From the NCBI GenBank assembly GCA_964640155.1, contig CAZXEQ010000007.1:153048-185047 (forward strand): 32,000 nt of DNA, in the 5' to 3' direction. Positions 20,083 to 28,425 of the stretch are shown here, one piece after another. Under the pieces are notes generated by a model. That model did no database searches and was not told where the DNA came from. It saw nothing but the letters and a program-made list of their open reading frames with translations. The DNA comes from an uncultured bacterium. Its GTDB lineage: Bacteria > Auribacterota > JACPWU01. Each line of letters starts with the position of its first letter. Within the stretch, counting starts at the first letter, position 1. Position numbers and translations under genes: made by a program.

Positions 20083-20561
20083 GAAATGTATTTCCAGAGA
20101 TGTTTATCAATTCGATCTAATAAATGTGTAATCAATTTTTGAGAGTAAAGCGTCTTTAATTCACTCCATCTTTTTGCTACGAAGGTTCTTCGATGTGGAT
20201 AGAAGAGAGGACGTGGTACATTTACCGCACGCAATTTAGTGAGAACAAGTAATTCTATTTCATCACACAACTTGTTTTCTTCATCAGAAAGTTCTCTTTT
20301 TCCTGTAATTATTTGCAATGCAATTTTATCCAGTTCATGTCGATTTAAGTTTTCAAGAGGTGAGTGATGAGGCTCTAAATTTACCCAAGAAATTTTTAAA
20401 GCCTCACAAATACGATTTAAAGTACGGACCGTAATGTCTCGTTTTTGGTTTTCAATAGCAGAAATGGCTGATTGGGGGAGTCCACATATTTTTCCAAGCT
20501 CGACTTGGCTTAAATGAGATTTCAATCGATTAAGTTTAAGCTCTAATGAGATCGAATTCAT
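20079..20561 (-). CDS. XRE-family helix-turn-helix protein with an uncharacterised C-terminal domain; putative antitoxin or regulator
   Basis: N-terminal HTH: LSQVELGKICGLPQSAISAIENQKRDITVRTLNRICEAL. The C-terminal extension of about 95 aa has no recognisable motif. It is the first gene of a two-gene minus-strand operon. Confidence 0.75.
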   Translation of the reverse strand: MNSISLELKLNRLKSHLSQVELGKICGLPQSAISAIENQKRDITVRTLNRICEALKISWVNLEPHHSPLENLNRHELDKIALQIITGKRELSDEENKLCDEIELLVLTKLRAVNVPRPLFYPHRRTFVAKRWSELKTLYSQKLITHLLDRIDKHLWKYIS

Positions 20562-20652
20562 GATTCTATTATATTAAATATTATATATTTGTCAAAAAAT
20601 AAATTAAATAAAAATAATGTTATTTCTGTATTATATTTATATGGAGAAAGTT

Positions 20653-22272
20653 ATGACTATTTTAATGGTTGGCTTGATTCTTGGAAAATATGATGTATAT
20701 TACTCAGGACCAATGAAAACCATGCTGGATATTCTTATTTTCTATTTTATTCTTCAGAGCTCATTCCTTCAGGCAAGTGAGACTGACAAAAGAGAATTTG
20801 ATTTATCAAAATCTTCCATCACCCAAAAGACTTTTACTGCACACAGTCATCTTCAAATCCAAAAGAATTACTTACTCCTTTCAAAAATTCCTGTTCCGTC
20901 TCTTTTCAATGTATCACTCGTATTGAATGTATTTGCAAATGTGCACGCAGAAGAGCAAAGAGCTTTAGCAGAAGCTTATGTACATGCATTTCAGGACTGG
21001 GTCATCAAAACAGGGCAGGGTCAAAGTACTGAAGCAATTTCAGAAAAAACACTTCGTTTAATCGATGAGTGGGAAAGCAAAAGAAAGACAGAACAAGGAC
21101 AATTATCAGAACGTGAACAAAGAATTTTTTCTATGCTTAGAGAAGCAAGTTCTATAAAAGTAACGGAGCCCGCCGCGAGGCTTACTGAAAATGATATTCA
21201 ACTATTATGTTGTCTTGGCCTTTTGCATGTAGATGCTATCTTTTTGTTTATTAATGATTTCTATTTTGAATATCAAGATTTGGTTGGAAATTTAGTTAAA
21301 ACATCTAAAAATAATGAAGAAATTCAAAGATGGAAGAATGCATGGAATACTAAGTTAGAGGAAAGTCGTCTGCAATGGGTTTTTAATCAAGACTTAGGAT
21401 TAATGTATAATCCTTCCGTTGCTATAGCTTATGATCCTAAAGAAATTAAAACAAAAAGAGTTGGTCCCTTTGTCTATTTTGAAATTCCAGATATGCCAAA
21501 CAGACGTTCTCGTCGTATACATCGAGAAAGTTGCATTCGTTCTGATTTTTTAGATGTTTTAGAGGAGGACACAATTATGGATGATTCTATTAATAGTATT
21601 CTTGTCGTGACTCGAAGATGGCCTCGAGTAACTTATGATTCTCTTCTAATCAGCAAAGAATGGAAACCTCAAAAATTAATACGAGACCTTATTCGTTCTC
21701 AATTAAAATGGGCTAGTCGAAATGCCATTTTGTGTTTTCATCGGGGGAATCGATTTGTTGACCATCAGCATTCTCATCTTTATCCTGTGGGTTCTTTCCC
21801 AATAGCAGAGCTTGCTGGAAGTTTTATTTCTTCTACCTGCTTACATGGATTGGAAATAGGAAGTCTTTCGAATTATCCTGTCCACCATATTGCATTTTCG
21901 AGTTCTAACGCTGAAAATTTAGAGGAAGCAACTTTAACTATGTCTGAATTTTTAGAGGAGAAACAGATAAGATTTCACCAGCTTGTTTTTTATCATCCTC
22001 TGATCAAGAAAATAATGGTTTGTTTTGTTTTTTGGAAAGATGTTCGGGATTATCCTCTTCCTTTTACCTTTGAAACTCCAGGAGCTATTACAGTTGAAGT
22101 TCCTACCGATCTTTCAGAAGAAACCATTCGTCATCATTTAAAAGCTATTTCTGTCCCTCAAGAAACAGTCGATCGTATTCGAGATGAATTTTTGGAAAGA
22201 AGATGGAGGAGAGTTATCCCAGGCAGACAGGATGTTCCTCTTTCCTTTGAATTTTTTGAAGAAGCTGCTTAA
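20653..22272 (+). CDS. Orphan hypothetical protein (about 540 aa), possibly membrane-anchored or secreted
   Basis: The ORF is 20617..22272. The ATG at 20653 has a GGAGA SD 5 nt upstream and lies downstream of a candidate promoter (TTGTCA 20589-20594, AATAAT 20613-20618). The N-terminus is hydrophobic (MKTMLDILIFYFILQSSFLQASE). I recognise no conserved domain. Confidence 0.6.
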   Translation: MTILMVGLILGKYDVYYSGPMKTMLDILIFYFILQSSFLQASETDKREFDLSKSSITQKTFTAHSHLQIQKNYLLLSKIPVPSLFNVSLVLNVFANVHAEEQRALAEAYVHAFQDWVIKTGQGQSTEAISEKTLRLIDEWESKRKTEQGQLSEREQRIFSMLREASSIKVTEPAARLTENDIQLLCCLGLLHVDAIFLFINDFYFEYQDLVGNLVKTSKNNEEIQRWKNAWNTKLEESRLQWVFNQDLGLMYNPSVAIAYDPKEIKTKRVGPFVYFEIPDMPNRRSRRIHRESCIRSDFLDVLEEDTIMDDSINSILVVTRRWPRVTYDSLLISKEWKPQKLIRDLIRSQLKWASRNAILCFHRGNRFVDHQHSHLYPVGSFPIAELAGSFISSTCLHGLEIGSLSNYPVHHIAFSSSNAENLEEATLTMSEFLEEKQIRFHQLVFYHPLIKKIMVCFVFWKDVRDYPLPFTFETPGAITVEVPTDLSEETIRHHLKAISVPQETVDRIRDEFLERRWRRVIPGRQDVPLSFEFFEEAA

Positions 22273-22366
22273 ACTTGAGATTGTAGTAGCTCACACATCC
22301 CAAATCGTATATCTTATATAGCTAAAAATTGAATCACTCTTATTCATTACTTTGCAATGAGGTTAA

Positions 22367-23359
22367 ATGGAACGCGTTTTAAGTGGAACTCGACCGACAG
22401 ATCGTCTGCATCTAGGTAATTACGTTGGGGCAATACAAAATTGGAAAACACTACAAGATAAGCTTGGAACGGAGCTAGATCAGTGTTTTTTTATGATTGC
22501 CGACTGGCATGCCATCACGACTGAGTACGAAAATCCTAAGCAACTTCGAGAAAATATTCGCCAGGTTGCGATTGATTATTTAAGCGCCGGAATTGATCCT
22601 GAAAAATCGATACTCTTTATTCAATCTCATGTCAAAGAACATGCAGAGTTAAATCTCTTACTGGGAATGCTTACCCCGATTGCTTGGCTAGAGCGCAACC
22701 CTACTTACAAAGAACAATTGGAAGAAATTAAGGGTAAAGATATACGAACTTTTGGATTTTTAGGTTATCCTATTTTACAAGCTTCAGATATCTTGGCTTA
22801 TAAGGCAACGCTTGTTCCGGTAGGGGTGGATCAGCTTCCTCATCTGGAACTTTGCCGAGAAATGGTTCGCCGATTTAATTTTATTTATAAAAAAGAAATT
22901 TTTCCTGAACCTAAAGATTCTTTAACGAAAACGCCCAAGCTTGCGGGAATGGATGGGCGTAAAATGAGTAAGAGTTATGGAAACGCAATTTATCTTTCTG
23001 ATTCAGGATCTATTTTAGAAAAAAAAGTGATGGCCACAATCACAGATCCAGCTCGGAAAAGAAGAGCTGATAAAGGTCATCCAGAAGTTTGTACAGTTTA
23101 TTCGTATCATGAACTTTTTAGTAAACCTGAACTTGAAACTATTTCTCATGAATGTCGAGAAGCCCTACGAGGCTGCACCGACTGTAAAATGAATTTATTT
23201 AAAAATATGTCATCAGGATTAGCTCCGCTTCATGAAAAGCGAAAAGAATTGGAGTCTAAGCCTCAAAAGGTAGAAGAAATTTTAGAATCAGGAGCTATAA
23301 AGGCTCGAAAAGTGGCTCAATCAACATTGGCAGAAGTTAGAGAAACGATGGGACTATAG
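22367..23359 (+). CDS. trpS: Tryptophan-tRNA ligase
   Basis: Class I HIGH-type motif (RLHLGNYVG), KMSKS, GVDQLPHLEL, and a length of 330 aa. Confidence 0.95.
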   Translation: MERVLSGTRPTDRLHLGNYVGAIQNWKTLQDKLGTELDQCFFMIADWHAITTEYENPKQLRENIRQVAIDYLSAGIDPEKSILFIQSHVKEHAELNLLLGMLTPIAWLERNPTYKEQLEEIKGKDIRTFGFLGYPILQASDILAYKATLVPVGVDQLPHLELCREMVRRFNFIYKKEIFPEPKDSLTKTPKLAGMDGRKMSKSYGNAIYLSDSGSILEKKVMATITDPARKRRADKGHPEVCTVYSYHELFSKPELETISHECREALRGCTDCKMNLFKNMSSGLAPLHEKRKELESKPQKVEEILESGAIKARKVAQSTLAEVRETMGL

Positions 23360-24084
23360 TGGAAGACTATAAAGTTAAATTAGAAATTTTTGAAGGACCC
23401 CTTGATCTTCTTCTTTATTTAGTAAAGAAGACAGAAGTAGATATTTATCACATTCCTATTGTTCAAATCACAGATCAATATTTAAAATATTTAGAATTGA
23501 TGAAAATGTTGGATTTGGATATTGCGGGAGAGTTTTTATGGATGGCATCTAATTTAATTTATATTAAGAGTAAAATGCTACTTCCACCCGATGAGCGTCC
23601 GGAAGAAGAAATAGAAGACGAGATGGATCCTCATCAAGAACTGATTCGGCAACTTCTTGAATATAAAAAATTTAAAGAAGCTGCTGAAAGTCTTGAGGAA
23701 ATGGAAGAAAAGAGAAAACAGTATTTCCCAAGAGAAGCTTCACTAGAAGTCGACAGTTCTGATATTAGCTTAGATCTTAAACCTGTCAGTCTTTTTGATC
23801 TTTTGAGTGCTTTTTCTGAAATATTGCAAAAAATCGGCGTTCGAGAAAGCCTCAAAAAAATATTTGAAGAAGAAGTATCTGTTGAAAAAAAAATCGAAAT
23901 GATAGATAAAATGATTTCAGTAGCTGGAAGTTTTGCGTTTCAAGAGCTTTTTGCCGAGACTTCTTCGCGCATGGAAATCATTGCTACGTTTCTTGCTGTG
24001 CTAGAATTGATTCGTCTCAAAAGAATAAAAGTTGCACAATCTGAAGCTTTTGGAAATATACTTATTCAAAGGAATGCTGCATAA
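23359..24084 (+). CDS. scpA: Segregation and condensation protein A (kleisin)
   Basis: FEGPLDLLLYLVKKTEVDIYHIPI N-terminus and a winged-helix C-terminus (IIATFLAVLELIRL). The GTG start overlaps the trpS stop (TAGTG). Confidence 0.9.
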   Translation: MEDYKVKLEIFEGPLDLLLYLVKKTEVDIYHIPIVQITDQYLKYLELMKMLDLDIAGEFLWMASNLIYIKSKMLLPPDERPEEEIEDEMDPHQELIRQLLEYKKFKEAAESLEEMEEKRKQYFPREASLEVDSSDISLDLKPVSLFDLLSAFSEILQKIGVRESLKKIFEEEVSVEKKIEMIDKMISVAGSFAFQELFAETSSRMEIIATFLAVLELIRLKRIKVAQSEAFGNILIQRNAA

Positions 24085-24085
24085 A

Positions 24086-24709
24086 ATGATACAAGAACAA
24101 GATATTGTAAAAATCAAATCTATTATTGAATCTCTATTAGTGGTTTCAGGAGAACCTCTTTCAATTGATGAAATTAAAAGTTCACTGGATCAAGAATGGG
24201 ACATCTCCACACAAGAAATTACAGATCTGCTCGAAGCCCTCAAAAATGAATATGCTTCTGGAAATCATGGGTTTCAAATCATGGAAATTGCGGGGAAATT
24301 GCAATTTTGTACTCATCCGCAAAATGCAGAATGGGTTAAGCGTTTACTTCAAGTGCGTAATAGTGAAGGCCTTTCCAAGCCTGCGCTTGAGACTCTAGCC
24401 ATCATTGCTTATCGCCAGCCTATTACAAAAGTTGAAATTGAGGGAATTCGAGGTGTTAATGCGGATGGTGTCTTGAAAAAACTGACTGATAAAGGTTTGA
24501 TACGAACCCGTGGACGAAAAGAAGTTTTAGGTCATCCTTTTCTTTATGGAACAACCGAAAGATTTTTAGAATATTTTGGTTTAAAAAGCCTTAATGATTT
24601 ACCGCAAAAAGAAGAACTAAAAGTGATTCCTTCAAATACTAAAGAGGAAACTATAAAAGAGGAAACCAGTGAACCTACAGAAGTTGCGACAGAAAATAGA
24701 CCAAGTTGA
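24086..24709 (+). CDS. scpB: Segregation and condensation protein B
   Basis: LETLAIIAYRQPITKVEIEGIRGVNADGVLKKL and GHPFLYGTT motifs. The ATG at 24086 directly follows the scpA stop, so the upstream extension to 24032 is probably not translated. Confidence 0.9.
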   Translation: MIQEQDIVKIKSIIESLLVVSGEPLSIDEIKSSLDQEWDISTQEITDLLEALKNEYASGNHGFQIMEIAGKLQFCTHPQNAEWVKRLLQVRNSEGLSKPALETLAIIAYRQPITKVEIEGIRGVNADGVLKKLTDKGLIRTRGRKEVLGHPFLYGTTERFLEYFGLKSLNDLPQKEELKVIPSNTKEETIKEETSEPTEVATENRPS

Positions 24710-25736
24710 TCAAAAGCTTGTTGATTTGATTAATGAAAGAACGAAAATCGTTCTCGAGATTGGTAAACAAAAAATTAAAAACGGTCAGGAAATTTACTCT
24801 CCGGAGCGAGAGGTAAGTGTTTATCAAAATATTCTTGATAAAAATAACGGACCTTTGCCAGCCGAAGCGTTAAAATCTATTTTTTGCGAAATCATGTCCA
24901 GTGCATTGGCGATGGAAAAGGAATTAAAAGTCGCTTATTTGGGACCTAAGGCAACTTTCACTCATCAAGCTTCAATACAAAAATTTGGATCTAGTGTTGG
25001 ATATGCTCCTATGGATAGCATCTCGGATATTTTTCTGGAGGTAGAGAAGGGAAGGGCAGATTATGGAGTTGTTCCGATTGAAAATAGCGTCGAGGGAGCA
25101 GTCAATCATACGCTTGATGTATTCATAGAGTCTGAACTTAAAATTTGCTCAGAGATTCTCTTGAAAATAAATCATACTTTGCTCTCGAATGTAGAGCTTG
25201 ATCAAATTCAAAAGATTTATTCAAATCCACAGGTTTTTGGTCAATGTCGAAATTGGTTGAAGAAAAATTTACCCCATGCTGAACAAATTGAAGTTTCAAG
25301 TACTTCTCGAGGAGCAGAAATTGCGGTCAAAGAGCCTCATGCTGCATCAATTGGAAATCTTTTGGGAGCCCATGTCCATGGACTCAAAGTTCTAGCAGAA
25401 AACATAGAAGATTTTAGCAGCAATATCACTCGATTTTTAGTGATTGGGCAGCACGCCGCTAAACCTACGGGTAAGGATAAAACATCGGTTGTTTTCTCTA
25501 TTAAAGATAAAGTTGGGGCATTGACAGAGGTGCTTTTACCCTTTAAAAAACATAAAATTAATCTTACTAAAATTGAATCTAGACCTTCTAAAAAGAAAGC
25601 TTGGGAATACTATTTCTATGTTGATTTTTTAGGTCATCAAGAAGAATCTTCTGTAAAGAAGACCTTGCAAGGTCTGGCAAAGCATTGTAATTTCTTAAAA
25701 GTTTTAGGAAGTTATCCGTTTATGACAAGAGACTAA
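24669..25736 (+). CDS. pheA: Bifunctional chorismate mutase / prephenate dehydratase (P-protein)
   Basis: N-terminal CM helix (LRQKIDQVDQKLVDLINER). PDT domain (VAYLGPKATFTHQA, TRFLVIG). ACT domain (LTKIESRPSKK...YYFYVD). The GTG start lies inside the scpB 3' end. Confidence 0.9.
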   Translation: MNLQKLRQKIDQVDQKLVDLINERTKIVLEIGKQKIKNGQEIYSPEREVSVYQNILDKNNGPLPAEALKSIFCEIMSSALAMEKELKVAYLGPKATFTHQASIQKFGSSVGYAPMDSISDIFLEVEKGRADYGVVPIENSVEGAVNHTLDVFIESELKICSEILLKINHTLLSNVELDQIQKIYSNPQVFGQCRNWLKKNLPHAEQIEVSSTSRGAEIAVKEPHAASIGNLLGAHVHGLKVLAENIEDFSSNITRFLVIGQHAAKPTGKDKTSVVFSIKDKVGALTEVLLPFKKHKINLTKIESRPSKKKAWEYYFYVDFLGHQEESSVKKTLQGLAKHCNFLKVLGSYPFMTRD

Positions 25737-25776
25737 AAAAGTTATAAGTTGTAAGCAATATTGAGAGGAGTAAAAA

Positions 25777-26796
25777 ATGATTATCGTTTTAAAACCAAGT
25801 GCAACACCGGCACAAAAAGAACATATCACTAAATTTTTAGAAGAATACCATCTTAAAGCGGTTGTGAGTCATGGCGTCGAGAGAACTATTGTGGGTGTGA
25901 TTGGTTCCGAAGAAAATGTGCTCAAGGCCAAACCTCATGTTGAAGCGCTCGAAGGCGTAGAATCCGTCGTTCGAATTTTGAAACCCTATAAAATTGTCAG
26001 TCGTGAATTTAAAAAAGAGAACACGATTGTTGATGTCAAAGGGGTAAAAATTGGTGGGAATGAAATCATTGCCTTTGCTGGCCCTTGTTCCATCGAAAAT
26101 AAAAAAATGCTGACCGATGTAGCCATTGAAGTAAAAAAGGCAGGTGCCAAAATTTTACGTGGTGGGGCTTATAAACCCAGAACCTCTCCTTATGCATTTC
26201 AAGGGCTAGGTGAACATGGCCTCGAAGTCATGGCCGAGGTGGGTGAAGAAGTAGGATTGCCCATATGTACCGAAATCATGGATATACGTGACATTGCAAA
26301 GTTCGAAAAATATGCGGATATTCTTCAAATCGGTGCTAGAAACGTCCAGAATTTTTCTCTTTTAAAAGAAATTGGTCATTGTAAAAAGCCTGTTCTTCTT
26401 AAACGGGGGATGATGACTACAATTACCGAATATCTTCAAGCCGCAGAATATATTCTTAGCACGGGAAACCCGAATGTCATTTTATGCGAACGTGGTATTC
26501 GTACTTTTGAAGACATGACTCGAAATACCCTGGATTTAAGTGCTATTCCATTAATCAAATCACTCAGTCATCTTCCCATTATTTCAGATCCAAGTCATGG
26601 AACAGGCAAGAGAGATCTTGTGGCTCCTATGGCTAAAGCATCTGTTGCATGCGGTGCAGATGGTCTGATTATTGAAGTTCATCAATGTCCAGAAAAAGCA
26701 TTGTCTGATGGTGCACAATCCCTCTATCCTCATATGTTTAAATCTATGATGGATGACTTAAGACCTATTGCAAGGGCAATAGGAAGAGAAATATAA
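25777..26796 (+). CDS. aroF: 3-deoxy-7-phosphoheptulonate (DAHP) synthase, type I-beta, with an N-terminal regulatory domain
   Basis: GPCSIEN, LRGGAYKPRTSPYAFQGLG, and DPSHGTG motifs. The N-terminal ferredoxin-like extension of about 70 aa resembles that of Thermotoga-type enzymes. A strong SD (GAGGAG) is present. Confidence 0.9.
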   Translation: MIIVLKPSATPAQKEHITKFLEEYHLKAVVSHGVERTIVGVIGSEENVLKAKPHVEALEGVESVVRILKPYKIVSREFKKENTIVDVKGVKIGGNEIIAFAGPCSIENKKMLTDVAIEVKKAGAKILRGGAYKPRTSPYAFQGLGEHGLEVMAEVGEEVGLPICTEIMDIRDIAKFEKYADILQIGARNVQNFSLLKEIGHCKKPVLLKRGMMTTITEYLQAAEYILSTGNPNVILCERGIRTFEDMTRNTLDLSAIPLIKSLSHLPIISDPSHGTGKRDLVAPMAKASVACGADGLIIEVHQCPEKALSDGAQSLYPHMFKSMMDDLRPIARAIGREI

Positions 26797-26815
26797 AAAC
26801 GGGGAAGCGTGAAAC

Positions 26816-27652
26816 GTGAAGAAGGTTTGCATTATCGGCATGGGCCTCATTGGCGGCTCTCTGGGAATGGCTTTTAAAAAGAAATGTCCTGATCTTAAAA
26901 TAACAGGCGTTGCCAGAACTTCCACAGCCTGTAAAAATATTCTTTCACTTAAAGCTGCTGACACAGCGACCACGGATCTCATTGAAGCCGTAAAATCAAA
27001 TGATTGGATTATTTTAGCTACACCTCCTTCTAGTTTTGAAAATATTCTAAAACTTATTACGCCTATTTTAACTTCGTCTCACATTGTCACAGATGTCGGA
27101 AGCATCAAAGCCCCTGTCATGAAAATTTATAAAAAATTTCTTCAGAAAAAAGGCATATCTTATATTGGCTCTCATCCTATTGCAGGTTCAGAAAAGAAGG
27201 GGATTGAAGCTGCAAGAAGTAACTTGTTTGAAAATGCAACATGCGTGATTACACCAGACAAAAATACTTCCCCAAAAACCTTAAAACAAACACAAGAACT
27301 TTGGAAAAAAATTGGTATGAAGCCTGTGTTTAAAAAACCCGAAGAACACGATGCCATTTTTGCTTGCATCAGTCATCTTCCTCATCTTATTTCTTGGGGT
27401 TTAGCAGGCACTCTTCCCAAAAATCAATTTTGGGATGGTTTAGCGGGGGAAGCTTGGCGTGATATGACTCGAGTTGCTCACAGCTCCCCAGATTTGTGGA
27501 GTGAAATCTTTTTATGTAATCAAAAAAATCTTTTAAAGTTTCTTCAAAAATTCTCTAGAATCCTGGAAAAACTTAAGACATCAATCAAACAAAAAAAATT
27601 AGCATCACTTACTCGCAATTTAAGACTTATCCAAGAAGAATTAAAGCGTTAA
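26816..27652 (+). CDS. tyrA: Prephenate dehydrogenase
   Basis: NAD-binding motif VCIIGMGLIGGSLG and catalytic-region motif GSHPIAGSEKKG. The GTG start has a GGGGAAG sequence 8 nt upstream. Confidence 0.85.
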   Translation: MKKVCIIGMGLIGGSLGMAFKKKCPDLKITGVARTSTACKNILSLKAADTATTDLIEAVKSNDWIILATPPSSFENILKLITPILTSSHIVTDVGSIKAPVMKIYKKFLQKKGISYIGSHPIAGSEKKGIEAARSNLFENATCVITPDKNTSPKTLKQTQELWKKIGMKPVFKKPEEHDAIFACISHLPHLISWGLAGTLPKNQFWDGLAGEAWRDMTRVAHSSPDLWSEIFLCNQKNLLKFLQKFSRILEKLKTSIKQKKLASLTRNLRLIQEELKR

Positions 27653-27655
27653 GAA

Positions 27656-28321
27656 ATGAAAAAGATTCTTTACCGACTTGCGAACATTCTTGTCTATCGA
27701 GGTGCATATTTTTTATCCAAAATTCTAGCAACCGTTCTCTTTAGGATAAGAATCATTGGATCAAACAATGTACCAAAGCAAGGTTCATTCATCATTGCCC
27801 CCAATCATGCCAGTCTTTATGATCCACATATCGTAGGTTGTTCCATTCGAAGAGAAATTTATTATTTAGCCAGATCTACGCTGATGAAAAACAAAGTGCT
27901 TACAATTCTTTTTCAACTGTGGAATTGCATCCCTGTTGATAGAGATAAGCCTGCTGCGAGCAGTCTTAAAAAAGCTGTTCAAGTTTTAAGAGAAGGAAAA
28001 CCTTTAATGATTTTCCCCGAAGGAACTCGTAGTGTGGATGGGGAACTTCAAAAGGGGAAATTAGGTATTGGCTTTATTGCCCAAAAATCTCAAGCTCCTA
28101 TTATTCCTGTGTATGTTCATGGTTCATATGGGATTCTTCCAAAAGGAGCAAAATTTCCGCGTCTTAAAAAAGTAACTGTTTTGATTGGTAAGCCTCTTTA
28201 TTTTAAGAATCTCTATGCTCAAAAGGGAAATGAAGAAATCTATCAAGCCATCAGTGATGAAGTAATGAATCAAATTTCTATCTTAAAGAGCCATGTCCTC
28301 AAAGAAAATCAAAAATCTTAA
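27656..28321 (+). CDS. plsC: 1-acyl-sn-glycerol-3-phosphate acyltransferase
   Basis: H-x4-D motif (NHASLYDP) and FPEGTRS motif. There is an N-terminal membrane anchor. Confidence 0.85.
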   Translation: MKKILYRLANILVYRGAYFLSKILATVLFRIRIIGSNNVPKQGSFIIAPNHASLYDPHIVGCSIRREIYYLARSTLMKNKVLTILFQLWNCIPVDRDKPAASSLKKAVQVLREGKPLMIFPEGTRSVDGELQKGKLGIGFIAQKSQAPIIPVYVHGSYGILPKGAKFPRLKKVTVLIGKPLYFKNLYAQKGNEEIYQAISDEVMNQISILKSHVLKENQKS

Positions 28322-28335
28322 CTTGTAAAAATTTT

Positions 28336-28364
28336 TTGACATTTGAATACAAGCATGGTAGCTT
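28336..28364 (+). promoter_or_regulatory. Promoter candidate for rpsA (extended -10)
   Basis: TTGACA (28336-28341), a 17-nt spacer ending in TGG, then TAGCTT (28359-28364). A 7-bp leader hairpin lies at 28373-28390 (CGCTTCC-CCAG-GGAGGCG). The SD AAGGAGG is at 28405-28411. Confidence 0.45.
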
Positions 28365-28425
28365 ATTGCCCACGCTTCCCCAGGGAGGCGAATACGATTG
28401 CCAAAAGGAGGCAGAATAGGCATTT

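Noticed and set aside
20617-20652. ATG at 20617 (or 20641) as the start of the orphan ORF
   Set aside because: It lies within or next to the predicted -10 region and has no SD. The ATG at 20653 has GGAGA at optimal spacing. This is uncertain without TSS data.
22273-22366. T-box or other leader riboswitch upstream of trpS (and of tyrS at 30106-30126)
   Set aside because: The leaders are only about 94 nt and 21 nt, which is too short for a T-box. No specifier, T-box or terminator-antiterminator pairing was seen.
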